Origin: Camelus ferus
Lineage: Eukaryota
Reading direction: 5' to 3'
NCBI RefSeq assembly: GCF_009834535.1
Contig: NC_045697.1
Location: 60,328,001 to 60,392,000 of the forward strand
DNA length: 64,000 nt
A program made the translations under genes and the position numbers. The notes under the pieces are model-generated. The model did no database searches and was not told the origin of the DNA. It was given only the letters and a program-made list of their open reading frames with translations. This document shows positions 13,400-25,136 of this stretch, piece after piece (the stretch's first letter is position 1; each line of letters begins with the position of its first letter).

Positions 13400-15565
13400 T
13401 TCCCTAAATTCAAAAAGGACAGACTCCTTATTATTTAAAAAATTTTTAAATATGGTTATAATTATAAAATACCTAATAGCCTAATTTTGATCATCTTAAA
13501 ACAAAAATACATAGAATTTTGATGTTTCTATTTTCCCAGAACTTTTGCTAATACAACTAAGATACAACAAATCTGTATTTCCAAGAGAAGGAGTTATTGT
13601 AAGATAAATTTGTTTAAACCTGTTGAAAGGAATTATCTTTAATCATGATCAGTTATTCCACACACTAGAGCTCAAAGAGCTATAATTCCTACCATTTCTT
13701 TTCCCATTAACCAATACTCCTACGGGAAGAATAAACTGGGTGTGCGTCGATCAGGCTGTTCTCTTTCTTTTATGATCTTCGTGCCAGTGCAAGTCATGGA
13801 TTGTCTTCTACTTCTCCATACTACAAATGTCACTAGCTCAGACTACCTACATGGAGACCAATTTCTTGGCCTGATATTGTCAGTAGTTTAGTAGGTCTAA
13901 ATCCTTAATCGTTCAGTGCAGTAATGAGGGCCATTTGGGTTTCATGCTAACTACATTCGCTAATCCAATTGCTATCAGAAATAATGGTCAGATTTTGTTC
14001 TCCACCTAATAAGTCATTCTTTTCAAATTTTTAATTATCTTAGGACCTCACTGAGGAAGGTACAACTGTCTATTGAGTGCCCTGTTGGAGGTACCAGTAT
14101 CTTGCTTGACTGGAGACATTGTGGAGTAGGAAAACACTAAATATACAAGAGAAGAGGCTTTTTGTAGAGCTTAACTACATGATTTTGGGCCTTATAATTT
14201 AGGATTTGAGTAGAGTTTTTACTTTAATGGTTTCTAGTGGCATCTGGACTACAAGTTTTAAGCCTGGGGTCATGTAGTATTTTGAATTTGGTGGTGACTA
14301 CTGTATGGAGATTTTTGTTCACAATTGAATGGCTATGTTTATAAAAGCAAAGAGATGGCAAAAGGTACTTGAATCTTGGGGAAGGTGTTGATTTCTTCAG
14401 GAATCTTCAGGAAGTAAAAAGGGTGAGTGGCTACGATGGGGGCTGACACAGCAAGTCAGATATGCCACAGGTTACTGGAACCAAAGTAAGTGGGCACAAA
14501 TGAAGGGAGAATTTAATTATAAAAACAGCTGAGGTCATAGGTAGCCTCTCCAACACTGGCCTTATAGATGGCCAAGAGAATAGTCACAATTCCAAGGCCA
14601 CTCATGCAGACACAGACAGTGTCAATTTGCAGGCTGTTGCTCATTTGCAACACAGGTGCAGGATTTCCTAGGAATATTTGGCTGATGTGAAGATTTGATT
14701 GTAAGAAAATGGGTATTTCTAGTCTTTTTAAGCGTTTATGTGCAGAACAATTTCAACTGCAGTTAAAATGCAAGGTATCTGAGTTTGCTTGTTCTATAGA
14801 GCACAGGGGAATTTCCAGCTTTAAATTGTTAGAGTTAGGCTTATGTAGACATGACTAAATACACTGAATCAAATTCCATTCTGCATTCAGGGCTGTAGAG
14901 GATTCTGTTGAGGGATATAGAGACTTGTCCACAAGCTCAAGACTGAAAACTACTGTGCAAAAATATTATAGTGTAGTTTAAGGTGACAGAATTATAATAA
15001 TTGGATATGCATATACTGTGTCCAGAGGGATTATGACCAAGTAATTTATCAAATTGAAAATAGAGGGAAAATACTTTGAGGAGCATGTAACTGAAGTTTG
15101 ATTCATATCAGTATGCCTCAACCCCAATTTCTGCCCATTGTGGCATAGACTCCAGTAACACAGTAGTTTCAGTTCAGAAATCTGCTGAATATGATTCTCC
15201 AGCTGAAACAAATGTGGGGACCTTGCCTAGGAGACAGATTTCTTATACCGGCTGGCTTCTAGATGTGGTAAATGTGTCATGCCAAAATTAAGTTCTTGTT
15301 GGGACTTCTCCTAATTGAATGTTAATGAATTCATCATGGATTCCAGACAACTAGCGCAGACTTCTTGGTGTCCAGGCTGCCTAGTATTCCTGATTTTGGG
15401 ATAAAACCAGAGAGTACATTTCTACATTTGCTTCTTCACTTGTATATGACTAAAACTCAGTCTTGGACTTTAGTGATCCTAAAAACTAGGTCCTGGGGTA
15501 TGTAGAATCAAGATGAAGTTGTTTCCCACATTTGGTGGTTATATGGCTAATCTCTTAGCCTCTTT
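13400..15565 (-). mobile_element. Possible very old ERVL-like internal (pol) remnant
   Basis: Minus-strand peptides KEAKRL, HLPHL and ELKLLCYWSL occur in the order of recalled ERVL RT/RNaseH motifs; highly degenerate. Confidence 0.3.
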
Positions 15566-15684
15566 AAAATATAAGTGATTCCATTGTGTAAATGTATAAT
15601 AATTTGTTTATCTATTGACCAGGTGGTGGACATTTGGGTTGTTTATAGTCTGGGATTATGTGTTGCTAAAAACAAGAAACAACA

Positions 15685-15950
15685 CAGATGCATCTTAAAA
15701 GGGAAAGAACACAGACAAAAAGTCTACTATCTACCTTATCATTCCATTCATACAAATTTCTGAAAGTTGAAGTTATAATAATTGAAAGCAGTTGAGTGGT
15801 TGCCAGGATCCAGAGGTTGACTGAAAGTGCCACAAAGGAGGTTTCTGGAGTGACAAAAATGTCATGTATCATGATTGCAGTTGTGGTTACTTGACTGTGT
15901 GCATTTAAAAATGCACTAATTTATACACTTAATCTTGGCAACTTAAAAAT
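15685..15950 (+). mobile_element. L1ME-like 3' end
   Basis: attccattcatac...gtggttgccagg...tttctggagtgacaaaaatgtcatgtatcatgattg...tatacacttaa. Confidence 0.75.
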
Positions 15951-16329
15951 ATAGACACATTACAGACTTAATGTTGAGCCAATTCAATTCACAGACTGTG
16001 TGGAAACTTTACCAATTACCAGGCAAAACAGCACAGGCTAGAGTTGCAGAAAGAAAATAAGCTTTGAGAAGGAACTTGTGTGGAACTCAACAGAAAAAAC
16101 TGATTGGGGAGAATAAGTTTAGTTTTAAATTTAACTTAAATTTTTGGTCTTCGAACTTTTAAGAAGGGAAAGAAAAATATTTTGAACTTAGATAAAACAT
16201 TTTATTATTTTAAAATTCAAGAAGGCTGATACTTAATCTTAATTTCTCCCAGAAAATTTGTTAATTAAAAGGGTACAGTAGTCAAGTTTAATCAAAATAC
16301 TAATATTTAATTGTGATATTTTAAAATAT

Positions 16330-17900
16330 GTTCATAATTTTGAGGGATTTTAAAAATGATTTTAGTTTAGATGCCTCGTAAAGTAGTTGGAATGTTTTTC
16401 TTATACCTCATGCTCTCTTTAAGAGTGAATAAGATTGGGATGAGCTGTTCCTTGAGAATTGGATGGACCTTGACTGTAAACCTCTTCTATACTAACAGAT
16501 TACAGCTACCTAGAATAGAGCTGGGAACAAGTTTTATGTATTAATGTATTCATCCACTCAATTGAACTAAGCATATTTTTCTACATATTTGTATATTTTG
16601 ATATCATTATTTGGACATTCTTTAAATTACTGTTATGCTTTCCTTTTTAAATTCTTGAGTTCAATGCTTAAATTATTTTTGCTCTTCCTAGTCAATAATA
16701 AAATGTTCAAGCCTATAAAATTTCCTCTGAGTCTAACTTTGGCCATATTTCACAGATTTTAAAAATGTGCTGGAGTCATTATAGTTACTTTGTAAATATG
16801 CCTTGAATGTGATTTTTGCTTTACTCTATGTACTCTGAGTCCCTCTTCTTATAGCTTTGTACATTTTCTCATTATTTTTGTTTAATTGCTGGTGATGAAG
16901 TTTTTACTATTTCTAATGTTCTTGGATTTTTAGAGGTTTTCTGTGCCTTTGCAGTGTTCTTAATTTATATTGAGATTGCCTATTTAGAGCTTCTTAACTT
17001 TTTTGTCTGCTTGAACTATCAGAGGAGATAAATACTTTTTTGCCCTTTCTTGTATTTTTAGCATTTTTTGCTACTATTTATTTTTTATTCAGAATTTAAT
17101 TTGCTTTCTAGCATTAACATTGTGGCCACTGCTTTCTTTTTATTTGCTTTTTTTTCCTACATCGCTCCCATTCTTTTACATTCAAGCCTTGTAAATCACT
17201 TGGTTTTAAGCATGTCTCTTTGTAAACAATATGCAGTTGAATTTTACAACCCTATATAGTTGGATTTAATTTTATAACCCCTAGTGTGAAGTTATTACAT
17301 TTATATGTTTTGACTTGGCATATGATTTCAGTTTTACTTTGTTATCTTACTTGATTTTCTATTTTTTGAATGTTTTCTAGCAATTGTCTTTGTTTTCTAG
17401 CATATGCTTTATGATCTGTATTATTGTTTCACTTCTGTTTTCTTCTGATAATCTGGAAATTATAGAATGCTTTTTCATTCTATTAGCAGCATTTTCTTTG
17501 CATGTTTGTATTAAATCTTAATCTATATTTCATGATTTATCAACCTCAGAAACCAAGCAATGGGTAGTGACCCTCCTTTTAAAAACTAAACTAATAAATT
17601 ACTTATGCCTTCTCCTACCACCCTTCCCAAATTACATTTTTCATGCTTGAGATTTTTGCATCAGACTTTTTGTAGAGAAATTGTCATAAATTTTGCATTA
17701 CATAGTGGATTTTTCATAAGCTCTAACATAATTTCATATCCTTAATTATCACAGTTTACACAATTATATGTGTATAACTAGACCTAACACTACCACCAGT
17801 ACTTTCATACTGTTATGTTCTGATTTTTATAGTTTTTATTTCTGTTTATTGTTCAGTAGTCTAGAGGGTGATACGAAGTAGACTTCATTTGGCTATTACA
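16330..17900 (-). mobile_element. Very old L1 fragments
   Basis: ctataaaatttcctctgagt...ctttggccatatttcacagattt; gtctctttgtaaacaatat; T-rich antisense L1. Confidence 0.6.
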
Positions 17901-17994
17901 TAGATTACATGCTTCCACAGGGAGACTGGAGACTTTAATTTCATTAAAACTATTTGGATGTTTGTTTGACTTTTAGCATTTGTTTATTAATATA

Positions 17995-18530
17995 TTAAAT
18001 TATTTATTAATAATCTACTGACTGTTTCAAATACTTATTCAGATGCTGATTATACAGCACTGCACAGTCAAAATTTCAACCCTGATGGAGCTCCCATTGC
18101 ATTGGGAATGCAATAAACTATCAAACAAATAAATATATAAAATATACTATGATATATATAGATATTCAGTATACTATGTAGGGAATATGAAGGCAGTTTT
18201 TCAGAAGCATGGTTAGGACAAGCATCTGGGAGCATGCAGTCCAACATCAGGAAGGAGAGTGTCTAAGCAGAGGAAACAGTAAATGCAAGAACTCTGAGAC
18301 TTTAAAAATCCTTACCTTTGCTAGAAATAACATGGAAGCCAATGTGAGTGGAGAAAATTAAGTGATGGAGGAGGTTACATGAGAGATTGGAGATGTAGCT
18401 TTGGGCCAGGTCATTTAGGTGAAGGTATTTTGGATTTTAATCTAAGTGTGATCTGAAAAAGAGGGTTTAAATGATCTAATTTGAGATTTTACAAATTTCT
18501 CTAGCTGTTATCTTATAAATAGATTTGTAG
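17995..18530 (-). mobile_element. L2 LINE
   Basis: aagcagaggaaacagtaaatgcaagaactctgag...ggattttaatctaagtgtgat...ctctagctgt. Confidence 0.75.
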
Positions 18531-18734
18531 TCACTCAGTATCACTTAGAAGCCTGAGATCAGTTTGCTTAATAATTTTTTTAAGGTAAATGGCTTCTTTT
18601 CATGTTTATTCATTGCCCCCAAATTTTTTCACACATGCTGAGTGCATGTGCCTCATGCATTTTTTCCAATATATCTATTTCTTTAAAGTTGAATTTAATT
18701 GGATCAATGGAATACTTTCTTGTGCTCAATGCAT

Positions 18735-19062
18735 ACATCACCTATTGCCACGAAAATGTTATATAAGAGATCAGCCAAAAAGTCATTGATTTAAAACAAT
18801 TATTGATATGTGACCATATGCTAGTAGATTAGCCGGGGGCTGGTTGATGTAGGCTGGGATCAGCGGGAATCGGCTCCAAGATGCAGCTTGAGCCCATGTT
18901 TGCTCCACGTTTGTTGTCTTCTCCGAACCATTGAGTGAGCTAAGAGTTGGAAGATGCCGGAGAGAAGCCTGGTTGCTGGGGCACAGATCTTCTCATGGGG
19001 GTAGAAGAAGCTCAAGAGAAGCAAGATGAAACATGTGATGTTTCTTGAGGCTAAGCTTAATG
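18735..19062 (-). mobile_element. MLT1 (H/G-like) MaLR LTR
   Basis: ctattgccacgaaaatg...ttaaaacaat...gctggttgatgtaggctggg...tctcatgg...gaaacatgtgatgtttcttgaggct. Confidence 0.7.
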
Positions 19063-20414
19063 AATGTAGGCTACCTTTTTATCCTCTTTCTTTGCCTTTG
19101 TTCTTTTCAGGTAAAGTAAAGTATCACTGTTTCAGATCTCCTTTGTCCTCTACTTACTGTGTTCTTTATATAAACTGACTTTCTTTGCCCTTTTTCTTTC
19201 ACATTATATATGATTTTCTTAAGGATGTCCTCCATGGAACTGATTTGTCTTTCTACACTATTGATTCTTCCTTTTCTGCTTCATTTCCACTTTATAGTAC
19301 CTAATTGTGTTATTTCTCCTTAATTTATTCCTTCACTTTGGCAGGCTCAATTTTCATCACATCCTACTATCTTCTCTTTTCCTATTTTAACAGAGTTCCT
19401 GTTTTTTGTGTGTTTTTTTATAACTTTAAATCTGTACTAAATCTTTTTTTCCCAATTTTTCTTCATTTATTTTTGCACAGCGCCTATGTTTACCGCATTT
19501 TATTTGCTTGTGTTCTCTTCTTTTCTTCTTTTGTTTGGGTGAGGTAAAGTCTATCCAAACATGATTCTCAATATTAAATGTTGACATAATGCCTGATTTT
19601 CTCATGAGACCCCCCTTCTCTTCTCTACATATAGTCTCTTCCTAATCCTAGGACAAATCATAACATGTACCACTGTGTCCTAAAGTTATATTTTGACTGA
19701 ACTCAGTTGTATATTAAATTGCTCACCTTACATGTTAATTTTGAAGTCTAATTATCCTAATGAAATTACTGTTAAAAATAGATTTTTAAAAAATTACACT
19801 TCAACCTGCTTCTCCCTCTAGCTACCCATATCATTAAATGGTACCTTGTCCACTCAAATGTCAGGCATCCTCTTCCAATTGGGATTAAAGAGTTTATCTG
19901 GCAGATACTGTTCTAACTTTATGGTATGAGATTGTGACCATTTCCTATCATTTTAGCATATATAAAGATGTTTTTAACTTCTTTTTTGGTAAATTGTGTT
20001 GTTTTCAAAAATGGGATACTATAATTATGCTTCGTGCTTTCTAGAAGTTGAACTAGTTTTTAATACTTATGAGGACACCTATCACTCAGAGTAATTCCTT
20101 TTGGGAAAAAAAAAAACTCTCCCAAAAATGGAAACAATTAATGTGGTTTTTCTATAAATAATTTTTCTAATTTTCCCAGAAATAATATAATTAATTTATC
20201 AATTTATAAAAAATAAACCCTGTCTGTCAAAACCTCATCTCTGCAAAGGATTCACACTGGCTCATTTTTGCCTGCTCCAGCAATGCCACTATGAGGCTCT
20301 CAGCTTGTATTGGAAAAGTCAAGGTCAAAATGACAGATTTCTCACAATTTTTGTAGCCTATTGAAATAATCAGAGAATCTATGCAGTGTTGACATCTATT
20401 TTGTGTATAGTGCT

Positions 20415-20931
20415 TGGATTAGTTTACTGTGCCTGCTGTTACAAATTAACATAAATGGAGAGCTTAAAACAAAAGAAATTTATTAATTTATTTTTTAGCA
20501 ATTTGGGAGGCCCGAAGTCTGAAACCATTCTCTGGGCTATTACCAAGGTGTCAGCAGGGCTCCCTCTGGTGGCTGTAGAAGAGAATCTACTCCTCTCCTC
20601 TTTCACCTAGTGGCTGCTGACTTCCGTTGTGCTGTGGCCACATCACTCCCAAGTCCACGGCCAGCATCTTCAAGTCCTACTCTATTTTCACATTACTCTC
20701 CTGTGTGTGCACGCTTGAGGGCCACATGTGTGAAGTGTCCGTTTAATTCCCTCTTATAAGGAGATACATAAATATACTTAGGGTCCATCCTTATAATTCA
20801 GGATGATCTCCCTGCCTCAAGATCCTTAGTTAATTATATCTGTAAAGAACTTTTAGTTTATAATGTACTATTTCTAGGTTCCAGGTGTTAGGACCCGGTA
20901 TCTGTGGGGAGCTATTTTTCAGCCTACCACA
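20415..20931 (-). mobile_element. MLT1D-like solo LTR
   Basis: gctgttacaaatta...cttaaaacaaaagaaatttatt...caaggtgtcagcagggc...cagcctaccaca terminus. Confidence 0.85.
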
Positions 20932-21542
20932 ATGCCGCCACATATTTTGTTTCCAGTCTACTTTTAACTAAAACAAGTTCTTCTGAAATCCCCCCTCCTT
21001 GTGTCCTCTTTCTTTCTTCCAAATGTTGGCTTCTTTTACGTTTCTGTCCTTTGGGTTTTTAGTCCATTGAAGGGAAACTATCAGCCTGACTTAAATCTCT
21101 CCTTATAAATATTCTTGTCTATACTGCACCACTCCCACAACTCTTCGCCTTGTTTTTTATGAATGTGCTTTTTAACACAAAATAATTTTTGAAAAGATTT
21201 TAGTTAGTCCTGTTTTATTTGATAAAAGATGTAAGCATCTCTTTTGTATTTCACATAGAAATTATGTTTTTTATATGCCAGTTTCTATACTTAGCCCATG
21301 CCAAATTTTATATAAATATTTATATTATTAATATATTTTTATTTTTATTTTATAATTCTCTTTATAAACAATCTTTAATCCTTCTCCAAATGACATTGTG
21401 AGTGTGTATATATGCATATAGGTGTATGTGTGTTTATTTCAAGCTACTTATGTGGATTTAGAAATAGAGAAATGTAGGTTGTACCTAATGAGAATTCAAA
21501 AAATAATTGTTATAAATCGCTGTCACAGAGGAGCACACTTCT

Positions 21543-21946
21543 CTTAAAAAATTTTTCCAGTTGTACTGAGATATAATGATATGTAACATTGTGTTAGTCT
21601 AAGGTGTGCAACATTATGACTTGATATTAGCATATATTGTGAAAGAATCATCATGATAATTTTTAACATCAATCATCTCTTATAGTTATAAACATTTTTT
21701 CTTGTGATGAGAACTTTTAAGATCTACTGTCTTAGTAACTTTCAGATATATAACATAATATTATTAGCTATAGTCATCATGCTGCACATTGTATACCCAG
21801 AACTTATTTATCTTATAATTAGAACTTTTAACTTTTTATCAAAAAAACAAAAGCCCCTACAAACTCAGGAATACAGAGAACAGACAGATGGTTGCCACTG
21901 GGAGATGGGGGTGGCAGAAATGCGTGAAGGAGCTCAAAAGATAAAA
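21543..21946 (-). mobile_element. 5'-inverted truncated L1 (L1MA9-like) with an 11-bp TSD
   Basis: Antisense 3' end at ~21550-21830 plus a sense upstream piece at ~21840-21945; TSD agcacacttct at 21532-21542 and 21947-21957. Confidence 0.85.
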
Positions 21947-22499
21947 AGCACACTTCTAAAATGGAGGTTTTTGTTGATACTATTTTAGAGACATGACTTG
22001 GAATTGTTAAACATATAATATCTGATAATGCTAACTCTTTAGCTTAAATACCAACGAATTAGTTGACTGAATCACTGAATCATTAGAGCAGGCATGAAAG
22101 ACCATTAGCTTGCACTTTGAGAAGACGTTTAATTTGTGTGTTTTTAAAAATTGTAACACTCATTAAATTCTAAGTGCATATCATAGAATTAATTACTAAT
22201 GTTAGGATTTTGCAATAGAGAAACTGAAGAGAGATGATTAACACACTTGCTAAATTTATATAATTCCTTTGTATCAAGTCTATCACTGTCCTTGATTCTT
22301 AGGTCCATGTGTTTTTACCAGCCTGCACTTACCAAGTCCAAGTCCCTATTTTTCCATTATTTATCACTAACCTAAGCAATGAATTAAGACATAGTGAAGA
22401 CACTGAACCCAAGTCTACATCTGTCCACTGCCACTTACGAGCTTGCATTAAAATCATCTTTATTTTTTTGGCTGTAATGATGACTGAGTTTTATTAAAA

Positions 22500-22957
22500 A
22501 TGATGAATTCCCAACTACTAAGTCTGTGTAAAGCAGAAATGGCCCTGCTGGCAACCAGGACAGGGTGTTCCCAACCGCATATCAATAATGCTTGAAGACT
22601 ATAAGAAATGCTCCAGCAGGACCATTCTGTGAGCTGAACTGAACTCCAGGCAAGACCAGAGCACTGCCACACTAACAGCTAACAGGCTGCTCCTTCAGCC
22701 ATAACAACTCCAGTCCTGACAGTGTGCAGTCAAGAAGTAGCTCCACTTCCTTAAAAACTTGTAATAATTTCCAGCCCAAACACAAATCCTGTTAAAAGCC
22801 TACAAGCCCTTCCAAATCTCTCGTTCTCTCATACGTGATGCCCCATGCTTGCTCTGAGGTATGTTCTCCCTCGCTGCAGCAATCTCACTAAACTTTATCA
22901 TTATTTTTATTGCCTACGCATGTGTTTCTTGGGGAATTTGATCAGTGGGATTTAACA
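22500..22957 (+). mobile_element. ERV1 solo LTR (MER110/MER90-like)
   Basis: 3' end gttctccctcgctgcagcaa...gtgtttcttgggg...tttaaca matches the recalled MER110/MER90 end. Confidence 0.65.
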
Positions 22958-22984
22958 GTGATCTGTCAAAACTTCAACCATTTT

Positions 22985-23090
22985 CTTTTTTTAAATTAAA
23001 TTAAATTAAATTATACATTGAAGTATATAGTCAATTTATAATGTGTTACTTTCTGGTGTACATCGTAGTGATTCATTTATATATATAATG
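22985..23090 (-). mobile_element. Short lineage-specific L1 3' end
   Basis: attgaagtatatagtcaatttataatgtg...tttctggtgtaca. Confidence 0.7.
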
Positions 23091-24637
23091 CACAATTGAA
23101 ATTGTGAATGATTTTTGCTTACAATCTTACAACATAAAATTCCTAGATAATTCAGAAATTATGGTTTATAACTGAATTTCATTTTTGTATGAATGACAGG
23201 TACCTCTGTTTATGTTGAGGATTCCTCATGATTCAGAAACCCATATATTTATAAAAGTTTCAACTGTTTTTAAAATGCATTTTGTTTAATTATTTCCATA
23301 GTATTCCACAGTCAATATTTGCTAAGAATTATTTTAAGTCCATTTTCAAATTTCAAAATTTAAATTTTATTTTTTAAGTGTTTAAATTATGTATTTTTAA
23401 ATTGGAGCTATTTATTTACTCAGTTGGATGACAGTTTCAACAGAGCTGATAAATTAGGGAAAGAAATCTCTTTAAATATTCGGTGCAGTCAAACCTGTCA
23501 TTGAATATAGATGCCATAGAATAATCTTCAGTAGGTTGACAAGCTCATTATGTGTTTGGTCCAGTGTCCCAAGGGGAAAAAAATTAACTTTAGAAATGTT
23601 CTTCTAGGACATGAATTAAATCCTTTCTTTATAAGGTGCTTTTTTTCTGACAAACTGAACCACAAGGTACAAACAGCCAACTGGATACTCTGTGAGAGAC
23701 AGGTTGCTTGTGGTGAGGCCCTCATAGAAATCAGACTGTAGACTGCCTCTGTCCCCTGCACTTTTACACAACTGGACGCCACTTCCTTGGAAGTACGGGC
23801 ACTTAATAAACATCAGTAGGGGAACAGCACCTCTTTAAGCCTTCAGATGAGGTGACCTCAGGGGAAAACAGTGGCAGAACCAGAGCAAAGTTCACTCTGA
23901 GCCCAGGGTACAGTTTCTGAAACCACTGATGTTTGCAGATTTATTCTCTAGCCAGCCATTTACCACTTACCCCTATATTATTCTGGTGACTTCTCTATTA
24001 CTTCTGAATTGATAGACATCTAGAAAAATTAAATGACTTGTTTCCAGACTGCAAACCTATGTCTCCAGGAGTAAATTTATGTGTTGTGTTTTTTGTTTGG
24101 GGGCTTTTTTGTTTCTTTTTTGAGGCTGTTTGGGGAAAGAACTGACTTACTCAGATAAAGAATCTCAGGAGATGCAGGGCATATCTTACCTGTTTTAAGA
24201 CCTGCCTTGCCTCAACAAGGCACTGTGTGCTCCATAACCTGTGATAGCCCCTTAGAGCTCTTGTGATGTTTGGAAAAATTCTCAGTGCCCTGACCCATAT
24301 CTACTTAGTACCTAACCTTCCAATCCTCGCATTCGAGGTTTTTCATAAAAATACACATCCAATCTTTGAAGTCTTACTCACTTTTGTTTACCCTGTGTCC
24401 CAGTCAAACAAACCTCTTTGCACTTCCTCATACCTTCTCTGCATTACAGGCTGTGTGCATTTGCTTATGCTATATCTTCTGTCTCATGCACCTTCCCTGT
24501 CCTTTGACAGCTAACTCAAATAGCTTTTCTCTGATGACACAATGTATTTTCTCTCCTCTTTTAAAAAAAGTATTTAAGCTAAAAAAAAATGCAGTCATTT
24601 TTCTTACCACCCTCTGTTTCTTATGAGTTTGAGCTTA

Positions 24638-24690
24638 AGATAGATAGGTAGGTAGGTAGATCGATAGATGATGGGTAAATAGATAGATGT
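24638..24690. repeat. Imperfect (GATA/GGTA)n microsatellite
   Basis: agatagataggtaggtaggtagatcgatagat. Confidence 0.8.
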
Positions 24691-24968
24691 ATAAATATAT
24701 AGGTAGACGTGATTCCACATATAAGAGAGGTTATGCAGTATTTATCTTTCTCTGTCTGATTTATTCCACTTAGCATAATGCCCTCAAGCTCCATCCATGT
24801 TATCATAAGTGGCCAGATTTTTTTTAATGACTGAATAAGATTTCATTCTTTTTATACCCAAGTGATACTCCATTGCAATCATATATACACCACAGTTTCT
24901 TTCTCTGTTAATCCACTGAAAGACACTTAGGTTGTTTCTGTATCTTGGTTATTCAAAATAATGCTGCA

Positions 24969-25136
24969 TACATATATATGTTCTTTTCAGATTCTTTTCC
25001 ATTAGTACGTTATTATAAGAAAAAATAATCTGAAAAGAACATACATATGTATGTATGTATGTGTGTAACTGAATCACTTGACTGTATACCTGAAGCTAAC
25101 ATTGTAATCAACTACACTTCAATAAATTTTTTTATT
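24969..25136 (+). mobile_element. Short 5'-inverted L1 3' end nested in the older L1
   Basis: TSD ataatgctg(c/t)a at 24958-24968 and 25137-25147; antisense piece followed by a sense terminus ...aactacacttcaataaa. Confidence 0.85.
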
